A DNA stretch of 64,000 bases from Glaucostegus cemiculus (Eukaryota), in the NCBI GenBank assembly GCA_976551045.1, contig CDPCPM010000148.1, positions 1,178,001 to 1,242,000 on the forward strand, given 5' to 3'. How positions within the stretch are numbered: position 1 is the first letter of the stretch; each line of letters begins with the position of its first letter. The position numbers and the translations under genes are program-made. The notes below the pieces were generated by a model. That model was not told the origin of the DNA and did not search any database. It worked only from the letters and a program-made list of their open reading frames with translations. Of the stretch, positions 1-11,849 are shown piece by piece.

Positions 1-284
1 ACGACAGTAACAAAAAAGTAGTCGATGCCTGCTCATTTGCCAGAGTGCAATTCCTCTCTTGGGTGACACTATTTTTAGGATAATCTTTCTGTATGGCCAG
101 CAGAACAAGACTTGTTTTAACATGCCAGATGACAATTATCATGCAGAAATATAGTCAGTGACAAAAATAACTCACGTTTCTCGACTTCTGAAATCGAATC
201 TACATTCCAACTGTCTGGAAGTGCAGGACAAGTTCTCTTAAATGGGATTTAATGCTGGTGTCCGAAACGTATTAGTGTTTTAGT

Positions 285-1826
285 CTATGATTTTACTAAT
301 TTAACAATTACATTCAGTGGATACTTCATCTGTTTATCAGCTTCTCTCCGAACATGCTCTGGGTCAGAACATAAATATATATGTTGGTGCAGGTACTGAC
401 CCCGTTCAGCATGTGTGATGTCTGTTTTGTTATGTATTTAGGTTCACCATAAGAGAGCAGTTTCTGAATACTAACAGTCCGTATGTAAACGGTATACACG
501 ATGGCGGTGACCTACAGTAATATGGAACTGCAGGTTGTACTGTGGAATAAAACGATGGGTTTATTTCGGTTCTCCATCTCCTAATCCCTATCATTGCCGC
601 GGCCCAGGAGCACCCGGCGCACTCCACAGGCTGCTAAAAATCCACTGACAACAATTAATTAAAATAAAAAGATGAGAACAAATCGGGAGGCAGGGCATTA
701 AAATACGATCACTTACGTCAAATGCGGACCCAGTGGCGGATGTGTTGAACTCCTGATTCATGTCACTACGCCAGAGGACGCCACCGATGAAACATGGTTA
801 CTTATAAAGTATTCCGTGTCTGTAGGTAAAGAGCCCGGCACACTCGTTGTCCCGATAACCACAGCCGCCGGTCTCTCGGTGTAATATTTGACTTTCAGCT
901 TCTCATAACAAATCGCTACAGTTGGATAAAAGGGAAAAAAAAAACGACTGTCTTTCACAACGTTGATTGAAGCGAAAGCTCACAGAGAACCCAAATGCGG
1001 CACACAAGTACAAGCCTGGAGTCAGGATACTTCCTCAGGACCGGACACAGGCAACACTGGAAGGAATCTTGCCTCGGAGATCTGAGTACTAATCCCAACA
1101 CGATAGCGGCATGATAGCGTAGCGGTTAGCGCGACGCTGCTACAGCGCCGTCGCTGTCTGTATGGAGTTTGTACGTTCGCCCGGGTCTGCGTGGGTTTCC
1201 TTCGGGTGCTCCGGTTTCCTCCCACAGTCTAAAAGACGTACGGGTAGGTTAATTTGGGGGGGGGATTACAAATGGGCGGCGTGGACTCGGAGGGCCTAAA
1301 GGGGGTGTTACCATGCTGTAAATAAAACAAACCACGAACTGAATCTTTAAGCAGGACTAGAGAACACAGGACAGCTCCAGAGTAGACCACTCGAAGCAGC
1401 TTGGAGCCAAAGTATACCCAAAGGTTGACCAATCCTCTGGGCAACGAGTAGTATAGAAACCCATGTACTTATGCTAGGCCCCTGATGAGGCTTAGTTGTG
1501 TGTCATTGTGCAATCAGTCCAGCATGGAATCCATGTGCTGTACAACGAGGCATCAAATGACCTAAATCAAGGGCCAGTACTCAGAATCATGACACTGTCA
1601 GCAGGGCAGAGACCGTGGCAGATTCCGAAAGTTGTAGGTTATGTGATACGCAGGGGAATAAGGAACAGGAATGAATTGTGAAAATTAATCCGACCAATCC
1701 TCATCATTACAACGTCAATGAGAACTACCAGAAGATCAGCCGTTGCCATTCCTAGGAGGTAGTCAGGACAACATTTGGAGAGTCAGCATTTTTCTCGGGA
1801 CAGTTTGGCAGTGGCCAGCAAGTTCA
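285..1826 (-). pseudogene. GPR139-like GPCR copy A, exon 2 remnant interrupted by insertions
   Basis: The minus strand has a polypyrimidine/AG acceptor (1827-1828) followed by (V)NLLATAKLSREKC*LSKCCPDYLLGMATADLLVVLIDV. Further on are VAICYEKLKVKYYTERPAAVVIGT, EMENRNKPIVL and TCTNIYIYVLTQS..KYPLNVIVKLVKS*. It has several stops and frameshifts, and foreign sequence including a SINE at about 1020-1645. Exon 1 was not found. Confidence 0.85.
1100..1330 (+). mobile_element. tRNA-derived V-SINE (HE1-like)
   Basis: A-box-like TAGCGTAGCGG head, V-domain GTCTGCGTGGGTTTCCTTCGGGTGCTCCGGTTTCCTCCCACA, CR1-like tail and A-rich end. Similar to 8878-9120. Confidence 0.85.
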
Positions 1827-3349
1827 CTGGAAGAAAGAAAGGAGTCAGCAGAGAAAATACTGAGCAGAACAGGATATAAATGATGTTCTTTAGGAATGAA
1901 CGTACTTCACTTCCATGTTGAAAATTTCGCAATATACAGTCCAAATGCACACTTATCAAACATGTCCCAATGGTTTGTTCTTCTCATCTAACCATCCAAC
2001 GATATTTTCCTCTTCCCACGACAGTTCTCACATGAACAACCATGTTTCAAATTTGCGTATTATCTGCAAATATTAACAATTGATGGTGTATTTAAATTAT
2101 TAACAGCGAGCGCGAATCACAAACGACACTGCCCAAGCACTGAACTATGTGATCCCACTGCGTACAGAGTTACTCTCAATAGGGATCTCCACTGTTCATG
2201 TCTTCCTTCAACAGACAAACCTGTTCTTCATTGAATTCTGGATAAATATTGGAACATTTGTCGAATCTCATTGATCCTGTTTAAGAAATATAAGATCATC
2301 CCACTCCAGGAATTGGGCCGCAGTCCTGCAGGTTGCGGATCATCAAGCACTATCCCACCGATTTTTCCATATGTTGCAGATTCCACGCTCCAATCCCAAT
2401 TCAGGCAGAAGGTTTCCGACCAACCACGTGACCAAATGCTCATTGTAAACAATTTTGCTCATCTCACTTTTCATCCCATTAATTCAACGCTGTGATATAT
2501 AATTTCCTCATATTATATTTCCTTTTTTTTCTTATTTTACTCCAAGCAAAACGTTCCATCCCGTTCCATCGCGGACCATCTTTGCTCGTCACACAAACTC
2601 CATCAGCTCCATGTCTGGCATCTTCGTTGTCAACTTCACCAAAATCCTGCCCAGGGCTACCATACCCTTCCCGCAGTGAAGTGAGCAAAACTGCGCTCTA
2701 TTTACTGGACTGTTGTGGCCACTTTACTAATTTCTACCTTTCTGGAAGGTTGACCATTCTATGAAACACTACGTCACCATCAGAGAGAAGAGTGAAATTG
2801 TCTAGGCGACCTACAGTAGTGGGAAAATTTTGACAAGAATTCTTGATATATTGCTCCACTGCAGTCCATCAGACGATACTAATGAAGTTCGCGTTGTTGG
2901 CACTCCATCAAGGGATTAACGCGCACTGTTGTGCAATCACTTTAAAATAGTGTTTCTTTGTTCTTCCCATCTACCCAGTCCTTCGATCGTTTCCCTTACC
3001 CGCGGGAATTTTCACACCACAATATCATCTGCAGAATTGTTAATAATTGCATTTACAATGAAATTCCAGACAGTCGTTTGGACCGCACATCACTTTGGAC
3101 CATGTCTTGATCTTCGTGGAAGCCACTACCTACAGCCTTGCAGCGATTAAGAAGCTCCACTTCTCATTATTTAACCGAAGGATATTTGATCCAATGTCCT
3201 CCGTCTTCGTCCCGACGGGATATTCCATTTCTGTCATATCGTACCCCGTCTCTGTATAAAAATGCAGACAATGTTTAACGGATTCAGTTGGTCTGCTTCA
3301 TGCTTTCATCTTATTCACCGTATTTCAACACATCTGGTAGATTTGGAAA

Positions 3350-3790
3350 TTGTTTTATTATTATCGCATGTCCCCAGGTACAGTAAAACGCGGTTGTGCA
3401 TGTCATCCATTCAGATCATTTCATCAAATCAGCACAGTGAGGTAGCACAAGGGAAAGCCAATAAAAAAATGCAGAAATAAGTGTTACAGTAACAGGGAAA
3501 GTGCAGTGCAGCGAGACAATAAGATGCAAGGCCATAACGAGGTAGACTTTCAGATGAAGAGTCCATCTTATCGTACCAGTTCAATAGCCTTATAGCAGCG
3601 GGATGCAATCTGTCCTTGACCCTGGTGGTACTTCCTTTTAGGCTTTTATAATTTCTGCCCGATGGGAGAGGGGAGAGATCGAATATCGGGTGGGTCGTGT
3701 TGTTGATTCTTTGGCTGCTATACCGAGGGAGCGAGATGTATGGACTGAGTTCATTGATTTAAGGATAATTTCCGTGATGTGCCAAGCTGT
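3350..3790 (-). mobile_element. Degraded 3' end of a Rex1/Babar-type LINE
   Basis: Resembles the 3' part of the element at 35370-36045 (TTTATT start, GGGAG...CGGGTGGG...TTC motifs). Confidence 0.55.
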
Positions 3791-4599
3791 ACATACATTC
3801 ATCGTCGGGAATACTACAGCGACACAGGCAGTGGCTGGGTCATTAGCACCGGTCAGATGCAGCTGTTGAAAGGCGAACGGAACGGCGTTCTGATCATTCC
3901 GCTCTTGGGTTGTTGCAATGGACCGACATCTTGAGCAGAACAGGCAGGGAAAAGAAACACCTACACTGAGGATCTCGAAAATGTTCACACTGATGTGAAC
4001 TGCTGAGCTTGTGTCTCACCTGCAAAATAAGCAGCTACGATCAGGAAGAAGGCGTTTGGATTTTTAAGATCGTAAGATCGTTTAACCCACGGTCTAATGC
4101 ACCCTGATAAAATTTCCTTCAACGGGCTTATGTTCAAAATACCGTGTCCAGTTTATAAAAAGAAACTGTACTACGATGTTGCTTAAGATGACCTTCCCGT
4201 TCCCGTTGTCTCGTCCACGATAGAGCATTGAAAAACAATACATTTCCTTCACGATTTGGGATCTTGCATTAGGTTCCACATTATCCATATTCCCTCTCCC
4301 GTGGGGAACATAACTGTGAAAAAATCGCATTCAATGGTCAGATAGGTCGAGACGTGGACATATACTAAAGAATTCAAAGCACGATCAAGTGAGATGCAAA
4401 AAGAAAAACATGGATAAGGCAATATTCAGTGCGAAAACGCAGTAAGATGTCGCAATTTGTTATGATTGCTTCATTGAACTGAATCCTCTGGGCAATGATG
4501 TTCGCATTTAATTTCACGCTCACTATGGAGGAATGCAAGATTGTGAAAGGCACAGAGAGCGTAAAGTGTAAGAAATGTTTCCCCGCGGAAGAGTTGTGC

Positions 4600-4802
4600 A
4601 AGGGCACAGAGCGTGAGTACCAGGATTAGAGGGGATCATAGGCAGAATGTTGTCACCCAGAGGGTGATTGTAATTTGGAACACGCTGTTTAAGATGGCGG
4701 TGGAGACAGAGACAGACTTATCTGGACCACCGCTGAGGTATAGGCAGTTGTCAATGGACCAAGTGCTGCTGAATGGAACGAAGGGCCTCTTTCTATGCTG
4801 TC
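4600..4802 (+). mobile_element. Old CR1 LINE 3' fragment
   Basis: TQRVIVIWNTL resembles the CR1 ORF2 C-terminus (SQRVVNLWNAL); tail GAAGGGCCTCTTTCTATGCTGT. Confidence 0.65.
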
Positions 4803-5398
4803 GGACTCGACATTTATTAAGTGGATCCGTTCAAATTGAGGGATGATCCGTAGAACCCACTGAGGTATCCCTACAGACGGATTTTCAAACTCGGTAAAAG
4901 GTGGGGATAGCTGAAGGGTGTGATGGAACACAGTGAAATCGCTGCATCTTGACGCGGTGAAAGGGATAAACGGGGGATGGACGTTTGTAATCCCATGTGA
5001 ATGATTGGTTGGCTCAAGCTCATTCCATTGCTGCGGTAAACTGCACACTACGGACGCCCACAGATGGAACCTGCTGCACATCAAATCGAAAAAAGAGTGT
5101 GGTAGATTTCACCGTAAACTTTCAACCTTGCGTAAGAAAGAGCGACCCGTGAAATAATCACCGAAGATCAAGTGAATTGTCAGCAGGTCGCGTGGCGTTT
5201 GTAGGGAGATAAGTCCTGTGAGAAGGCACTTCCCCTGTCGAATTCATCCTCAACCCTCTTTCATTGTTCCCTTGTACTATTCCCGCGGAGGCAAAGACAA
5301 TATTTAGATTTTGGTTCGCATTGTCAACTTATCGTTTTATTTTACGTTGATGCACATCGAAATCTGGTGTTTACATGACAATTGACTGTCAGCAATGT

Positions 5399-6179
5399 TG
5401 TTACGAGTCATGTTACTACATGGTTAATGTCCCTTTAAGGCNNNNNNNNNNNNNNNNNNNNNNNNNNNNNNNNNNNNNNNNNNNNNNNNNNNNNNNNNNN
5501 NNNNNNNNNNNNNNNNNNNNNNNNNNNNNNNNNNNNNNNNNNNNNNNNNNNNNNNNNNNNNNNNNNNNNNNNNNNNNNNNNNNNNNNTGCAAAAATACTA
5601 TTACTGGAGCCTACTGGCTGTTTCACAGAGAGAGAGGGAGGGGGAGAGAGAGAGAGAGTAACTTACCGCCGGTCTCTGAATATATGGATGAAGAACAACA
5701 GCTGTGACTGTCACTATAACATCCATGTCCGGATTTGTACAGCATTCTGTGAACTCCAGTCTGTCGTTAACCTGCACTGGGAAGCAAGCTTATTTGTTGG
5801 CGGCCACCAATCGAGTGTCCTCGGTGTGGAAGGTACTTCGGAACAAAGCAATGGAGATAATTGGTGACTGAGGTGTCGTATGGGTTCCATCGTGGAACAT
5901 GTGGATATAGTAAATTCTCTCTACATTATCTCTGCATTTTCATTGCTATCTGCTGTGGGTTTTAGAAGTCTTTGCACATTGTTCTGCCTTATGACTCGCT
6001 GAACTGAACTTTGAGAACTCTTCCTAGACGTGAGGTTTGGTAAACACACACACCGAGTTTATTTTTGGGGTCAATGTTTAATAGCTCACTCTTTTATTTC
6101 TCTTCTCATTACAATCAGTTATTAATAAATAAATTCTGACATTTATACATTGACTTTTAGTTGTTTCTTTTACGTAACA
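5399..6179 (+). mobile_element. Candidate solo LTR spanning an assembly gap
   Basis: Starts TGTTACG and ends CGTAACA (7-bp inverted termini). Has an internal (GA)n run and AATAAA about 55 nt before the end. No target-site duplication seen. Confidence 0.45.
5442..5587. other. Assembly gap (N run)
   Basis: Run of n. Confidence 0.99.
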
Positions 6180-6530
6180 GGATAAACAATTCCAAAAGGA
6201 AGTCCAGTAACTAGGGCGTGGTAACGATTTGGTTGTACGATTACGTTTAACGAAACATGGGGACCAACGATCAGGGAAAAAAGAGCGCAGAGTGCTCCGG
6301 AGAAGTGTGACGTGGAAGGCAGTGACTGTGGCAACGGATAATGCACTGGGTGTAAAGCAAGTGGCAGTGTGCAGCAGATCAGAAGATTCCGGACAGGGAG
6401 ATTGCTGGGAGTGCTTGTTGCATTTGTTTTCTGAACTGAGAGAATGATTCAGGCCCGAGATGTGCAGCTCGTCTGCTCAAAGCCCGTTCTTATCAAGTGA
6501 AACCGAGAACTACTGCTCATGACGCTGCCC

Positions 6531-7024
6531 TTCACGGCTCTGCTTCCTCCATGGCTCTGCTTCTTCCACGGCTCTGCTTCCTTCACGGCTCTGCTTCCTC
6601 CACGGCTCTGCTTCCTTCACGGCTCTGCTTCCTTCACGGCTCTGCTTCCTCCACGGCTCTGCTTCCTTCACGGCTCTGCTTCCTTCACGGCTCTGCTTCC
6701 TCCACGGCTCTGCTTCCTTCACGGCTAAGCTTCCTCCACGGCTCTGCTTCCTCCACGGCTCTGCTTCCTCCACGGCTCTGCTTCCTTCACGGCTCTGCTT
6801 CCTCCACGGCTCTGCTTCCTTCACGGCTCTGCTTCCTCCACGGCTCTGCTTCCTCAACGGCTCTGCTTCCTCCACAGCTCTGCTTCCACCACAGCTCTGC
6901 TTCCTTCACGGCCCTGCTTCCTCAACGGCTCTGCTTCCTTCACGGCTCTGCTTCCTCCACGGCTCTGCTTCCTTCACGGCTCTGTTTCCTTCACGGCTAT
7001 GCTTCCGTCACAGCTCTGTTCCCT
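6531..7024. repeat. 17-bp minisatellite (CACGGCTCTGCTTCCTY), about 29 copies
   Basis: Head-to-tail 17-mer with C/T variants and degenerate ends. Confidence 0.95.
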
Positions 7025-7903
7025 CGAATTTACATTTTCGCTCAAGACTTCAGTCGCGTGAAATATGAAAAAAAAATCCAGAAATCCTCATTGATGGGCT
7101 GCCAACATTGTGTCTGAGCGGCGTTTTACACACAAGCATTTGATTACCGACTTCCAAAATTATACACACAGGTGATTTACACTTCTTTTACCCATTGTCA
7201 TGATGTGCAAGGAGATGTCATATCAGTTGTTCGACATCAATCTGACCATATCTGTAATAAGTCTTCCTCGTAGGACTGTGATATTGGCCAGGAGATGTGA
7301 GGCCAATCCCTTGCTTTCTACCCTGTAAAAGATGCTGATCTTTGAAACGTTTTCATGTTTGATTATTCCAGTAGGGAGTATTTCAAAAAGATCGGTTTGT
7401 CTGACTGCAATATCATCTTTGCTGAATTTTATCTGAAGGCCACAAGCTCTTCGCGAGTAAGTCCAGTTTCCTTCAGTTTTTGCTGCCATTTTACTCAGTA
7501 AAGCACCCTGTCAACCGCGGAGGCTTCCCAGTCAGGCACACGAAGGGGCACTGACCTCTTGGTTTGACGAAAACCGAAAGGCTGTCTGACTGTTCTGGTC
7601 GTGCCAATCATTTTGTTATTTTCCTGGTGCGTTACAATTTCACTGTATGAACAGTCACAGTCGCGACGAGTAGAATACCTGACAATTGACTTTTTTTCTC
7701 GGCATCTAGATTATCCTTCTCCGTACATCTTATCTATGCCAACGTTCCTATAATCAATACGTTTTCCCTTGACGAATGGTGTTTGTTAAACCGGCTGGAA
7801 CTAACATGTATGATCATCCGCCTGTTAATTGTACCCAGGTGAGACCTCTCTGCCATAATAGAGGCGAGTTTGGAACTGCCAAGCGACGTTTACCTCTCGC
7901 ATC

Positions 7904-10900
7904 ATGGACATCGCCTCGCAGGAAATAAAAATGAGATATCCAATTATTTTTCAGATCGAACTCATTTACTACCCTGTTTTGTTGACGATCAGTTTACCCG
8001 GTAAGATGGTTATGCAAGTCACTGGATGTGTAAATCCAGTCGAATCTTTCCTGTTCGTGTCGACTGCTTCAAGCACTGACGTGAAGTGTTTTCACTGTAA
8101 TTGAACAACGGTTTGAATGAACTGCAGGAGCAGTGTTTCAGCATTTCCGTCCTGCGGTTCCCCTGTTGATGCAATGAGGCGAGCAGAGCTTACACCAAAG
8201 TGCACTTGGTGCAGTTACTGCTCAGTGATGTCTGGTGTTATTTTAGTAAATGACGAACTTCCATTTCTGATAAAAAATCTTTCAAAACCATTAAGCTGTT
8301 GTGTTTTTGCATCTACAGTTACTTCCTGGCGCGCTGATCGTCTCTAACCTTTCCGGCTTTTGTTTCAGGTTTTCAGCAAATGCATTTTTTTTATTTCAGT
8401 TAACTTCCAGCAGCAAGGTCCTTGCGAGAAATGAACATCTTTGAGAGTGTTAGAAACTGTGGAATATACTGATCAAGTGTCAACGGGCCACATTCAAATT
8501 CTTGATGAGATTCAGTCATTTGCTCTCAATATTACTGACATTATTTGGCTGATCTGATCTTGTTGTTCACTAAATCTATCATTGTAGCATTGGAATAAGC
8601 AGTGATTTCAACGAAATTGACGCAGTTTGATAAAAGTTATGGATCTCTCATTTTGCCTGATGTGCCACGGTTCGGGCAGGTGCGTGAGGTGTCAGAGTGG
8701 AATATTATGCTGCTGGGTATTGATTGCATACAAACGGCTCTATCATCCCTGGGAATGTTACTTGGTCGCTGCATTGCCCGTTATATTTGAAAAAGGAAAA
8801 GAGGCTTATTCAGTACAGTCATTGGAAAGGTAGAAAGAATTGTGATAAAATATGTTATAGATCAGCTGGATATAACACGGCACGGTTGCATAGCGGTTAG
8901 CGCGCCACTAATACAGCGCCAGCGATCGGGGTTCGATTCCCGTCGCTGTCTGTAAGGGGTTTGTACTTCTCCTCGTGTCTGCGTGGGTTTCCTCCGAGTG
9001 CTCCCGTTTCCTCCCACATTTCAAGACGTACGGATAGATTAACTTGGGTGTAGAATGGGCGGTGCGGACGCGTTAGGCCGGTGGGGCCTGTTAACAGGCT
9101 GTAAATAAAATAGAACTAAAAAAATAGAAAAAAAAAATATGTTGTAAAATAAGGAAAACGGAAATCCAACGTGATTGAAAAAAAAACAGAGTGAGACAGA
9201 CGGAGACAGAGCGACTAATTGGGAACAGCCTGATCGACCATGCATTATTTTTATGTTTTATTCTATTTCTGTTTCTCCGTTCGTAACCACATTATTTATG
9301 GATTTCACCATAACGACTTTCGTTATTTCTCCCTGAATCTCTTCAAAACTTTGTCTCCCCTCTGCTCCCTTATTTATTATTCTATTATTACATTATATTT
9401 CTTTTCAGTGTGATTTCCAGATTCAAAATATTCTATTTTTCTTCGTTTCTCTGTATTGCTGAATCTTCCGAACGAATGAGGATATTTTGTTGTTTGGTTC
9501 ATTGCGCCTATTGATTGGATCGGTTCATTCTTAAGTTTGTTGCATTATCATTTCCTGCCGTCCTCTTCTCCAATCTACAATTCTTTTATATATTCTTTCC
9601 CCGTTCATTTCCTTTCTATCCTTTTTCGTAGATTTTCCAATGTTCATTTCCGCGGTCTGAAATACTTGTCATTTTTCTCAAAGTTATGCAGTCAGTGCCT
9701 TTCATTTCCCACTGAGCTCTCACATTCTTGCAACATCACAATTCCATGGTGACATTTTAGTCTTATTTTGGGCATCTGAGTTGCATCATTATAGCTTTTG
9801 GATTTTGTTTTGTTTTCTGGTCACGGGAGTGACGATTCGATGTTCGGTTTAGCTTTTGCACGGCTGAAATTTTACCTGGCATTGTTCGTGTTGGTTTATT
9901 TTCCTGATTTATTGTTGTCAATGCTGATCTCTCAGAACCGAAATTTGCTGCACTTTCATTTCCTTTTTTTTAACATTTCAATTTATGCTTGGAGGTAAAA
10001 ATATGCTCCCGGGAATACAACAATGTTACAGTGAGCATGATGATCCACTTCCTAAATAACTTGTTTTTTTTTTTGGTTGTCTAGTGATCGTTTCTTGTCT
10101 TCCTTCAACAGTGAACCTAATAGCGATTGTGATCCTGTCGCGAGGAAATTGCGGTCTCTCCAAATGCATCACTCGCTACCTGGTGGCAAAGGCAGCGGGC
10201 GACCTCGCAGTGATGATTACCAATGTGATAATGCACAGAATTAATAGCATGTACTTACCTCTTAATTTCTTATTCTTGACCACTGTTTGCTCTCTCTCAG
10301 ACACGCCCTCTACATCTCCTCCCTTATCTGTTCCCTGTGGTTTACAGTGGCTTTCACCTTTGACCGCTTTATCGCAATTTGCAGTCAGAACGCCAAATCA
10401 AAGTGGTGCACTGAGAGAACTGCGGCCTTGGTTCTATCGGTCGTGTTTGCGGGCAGCTGCGTGAGAAGCATACCTTTTTTTCTTCATGTACAGACCTGCC
10501 TTTGTTATCGACAGCACGTCATGGTATTGCATCGGGAAAATGGACTACAGAACATCGGACTTCTGGAAAGCATACGAGTGTATTGATAGTATCTTAACCA
10601 CTTTACCTCCGTTTGTGTTAATCTTGTGTGTTCCATGTTCTCACTGCCAAGCATATCCTAGCGGCAAGTAAAGTTCGAAGAGGATTGCGGAATAGAAATG
10701 AGGACCGGAATGATCCAGAGATCAAGTGTAGAAGGAAGTCGATGATCTTGTAGTTTGCGCTCTCCTCCAATTTCATCCTCTTGTGGATGACATATCTCCT
10801 GCATTCCTTAGTTTGGCAAATGCAGAACTACACTTACCACAACAAGGATTTCAACACCCCTGTGAACATCGTGCAGCAGGTTGGGTTTATGCTGCAGCTT

Positions 10901-10996
10901 CTCAGCTCCTCCACCAATACCTGCATCTACGGACTGACACAGAGGAAATTTAGACAGCTGAAAAATGGAATTCAATGTCTATTTAAAATGAATTAG
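7904..10996 (+). pseudogene. GPR139-like GPCR copy B (exon 1 7904-8000; exon 2 10112-10996)
   Basis: Exon 1 is MDIASQEIKMRYPIIFQIELIYYPVLLTISLP followed by G|GTAAG. Acceptor is CAACAG|TGAAC. Exon 2 reads VNLIAIVILSRGNCGLSKCITRYLVAKAAGD, FTVAFTFDRFIAIC, LLSSSTNTCIYGLTQRKFR. Frameshifts near 10290, 10480 and 10630; TAG at 10751-10753. Confidence 0.92.
8878..9120 (+). mobile_element. tRNA-derived V-SINE (HE1-like) in the intron of copy B
   Basis: A box TTGCATAGCGG, B box GGTTCGATTCC, V-domain, tail GGCCGGTGGGGCCTGTT...TAAATAAAA. Confidence 0.9.
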
Positions 10997-11140
10997 TTAA
11001 ATAATGCAATGATAAATGCGGAAAACCACGGTAGTATGTAATTTATTTGCAAATCGCTGAAGTTCAGAGTGTGTTCTGAGGTTGAAAAGCGAGAGGCCGT
11101 GTATTTTGGTTGGTACAGATTAGCAGATTATGTGTACAAG

Positions 11141-11836
11141 TGTTGTGGGAAAGGTTCTTTCGGGACTTAAATGTATAGGGCTCTGGACACAGTCTTTGGA
11201 TCTTAAAATAGCTTAATCACAAAGGCAAACGAGGGAACAGAATTTACGAGAACAGATACACACTCATACAGACACACGCAAGAGATCACGGACGTGGGGA
11301 AAATTGTAACAAGGGTGAGATGCAGACAGACAGACATGCACACTCACACACAATAAACAAGTTATAACTTATTAAGGGGTAAACACCAGGATGCCTGAGC
11401 ACCTTGGCCCAGACAAACATTGGCTCAAACAGACCTTGGACTAAGACGCTGCAAAACCTAGTGGTGGTGCACATTCCTACAAGTGTTCTCTACAGTGTTT
11501 TTTCACTATTCCCGGGGCAGTCGAAAGAGGGAGAGCTAGGAATGTGCGATTCCCTATATAGTGCTGGAGGGCTGGGTGGAGCCAGGCCAGGTACATTAGA
11601 CAGGCCAATGGTTTGGGGGTCAAGGTCAAAGGTGTTTACTAAGACCAATTGCCAGGCTAGCCCAGGAACAAAAGTGAATCCCTTTGGTCAATCCCTATGC
11701 TTACACCTGATGGGTGGGTGGAGCCAAACCTTGATTGACAGTGGTGTCACTTCCAATCCGATGAACAATGCTGTCCTCCGATCAGAGTGGTCAGTATTGT
11801 CACTGTCACAGGGCAGCCATGTGTTTTCATACTACA
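11141..11836 (-). repeat. ERV 3' LTR
   Basis: On the minus strand it begins TGTAGT right after the PPT and ends ACAACA. TATATA box near 11555-11560. Homologous to 17497-17987. Confidence 0.8.
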
Positions 11837-11849
11837 TCCCACCCCTCGG

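Noticed and set aside
1280-1330. SINE 3' tail shared with CR1 LINE tails
   Set aside because: Real, but an already known SINE-LINE partnership (HE1/HER1 type), so not novel.
5661-5726. Minus-strand ATG...GTAAGT mini-exon (MDVIVTVTAVVLHPYIQRPA) as exon 1 of copy A
   Set aside because: It is phase 0 rather than phase 1, lacks the YYP...P motif, and lies inside a probable LTR.
6497-7117. 206-aa repetitive ORF, or a CRISPR-like array
   Set aside because: It is the translation of a 17-bp tandem repeat with no spacers, open in several frames and on both strands; there are no cas genes and the context is eukaryotic.
8878-8945. tRNA gene (A and B boxes present)
   Set aside because: It continues directly into the V-domain and LINE-like tail, so it is a SINE head.
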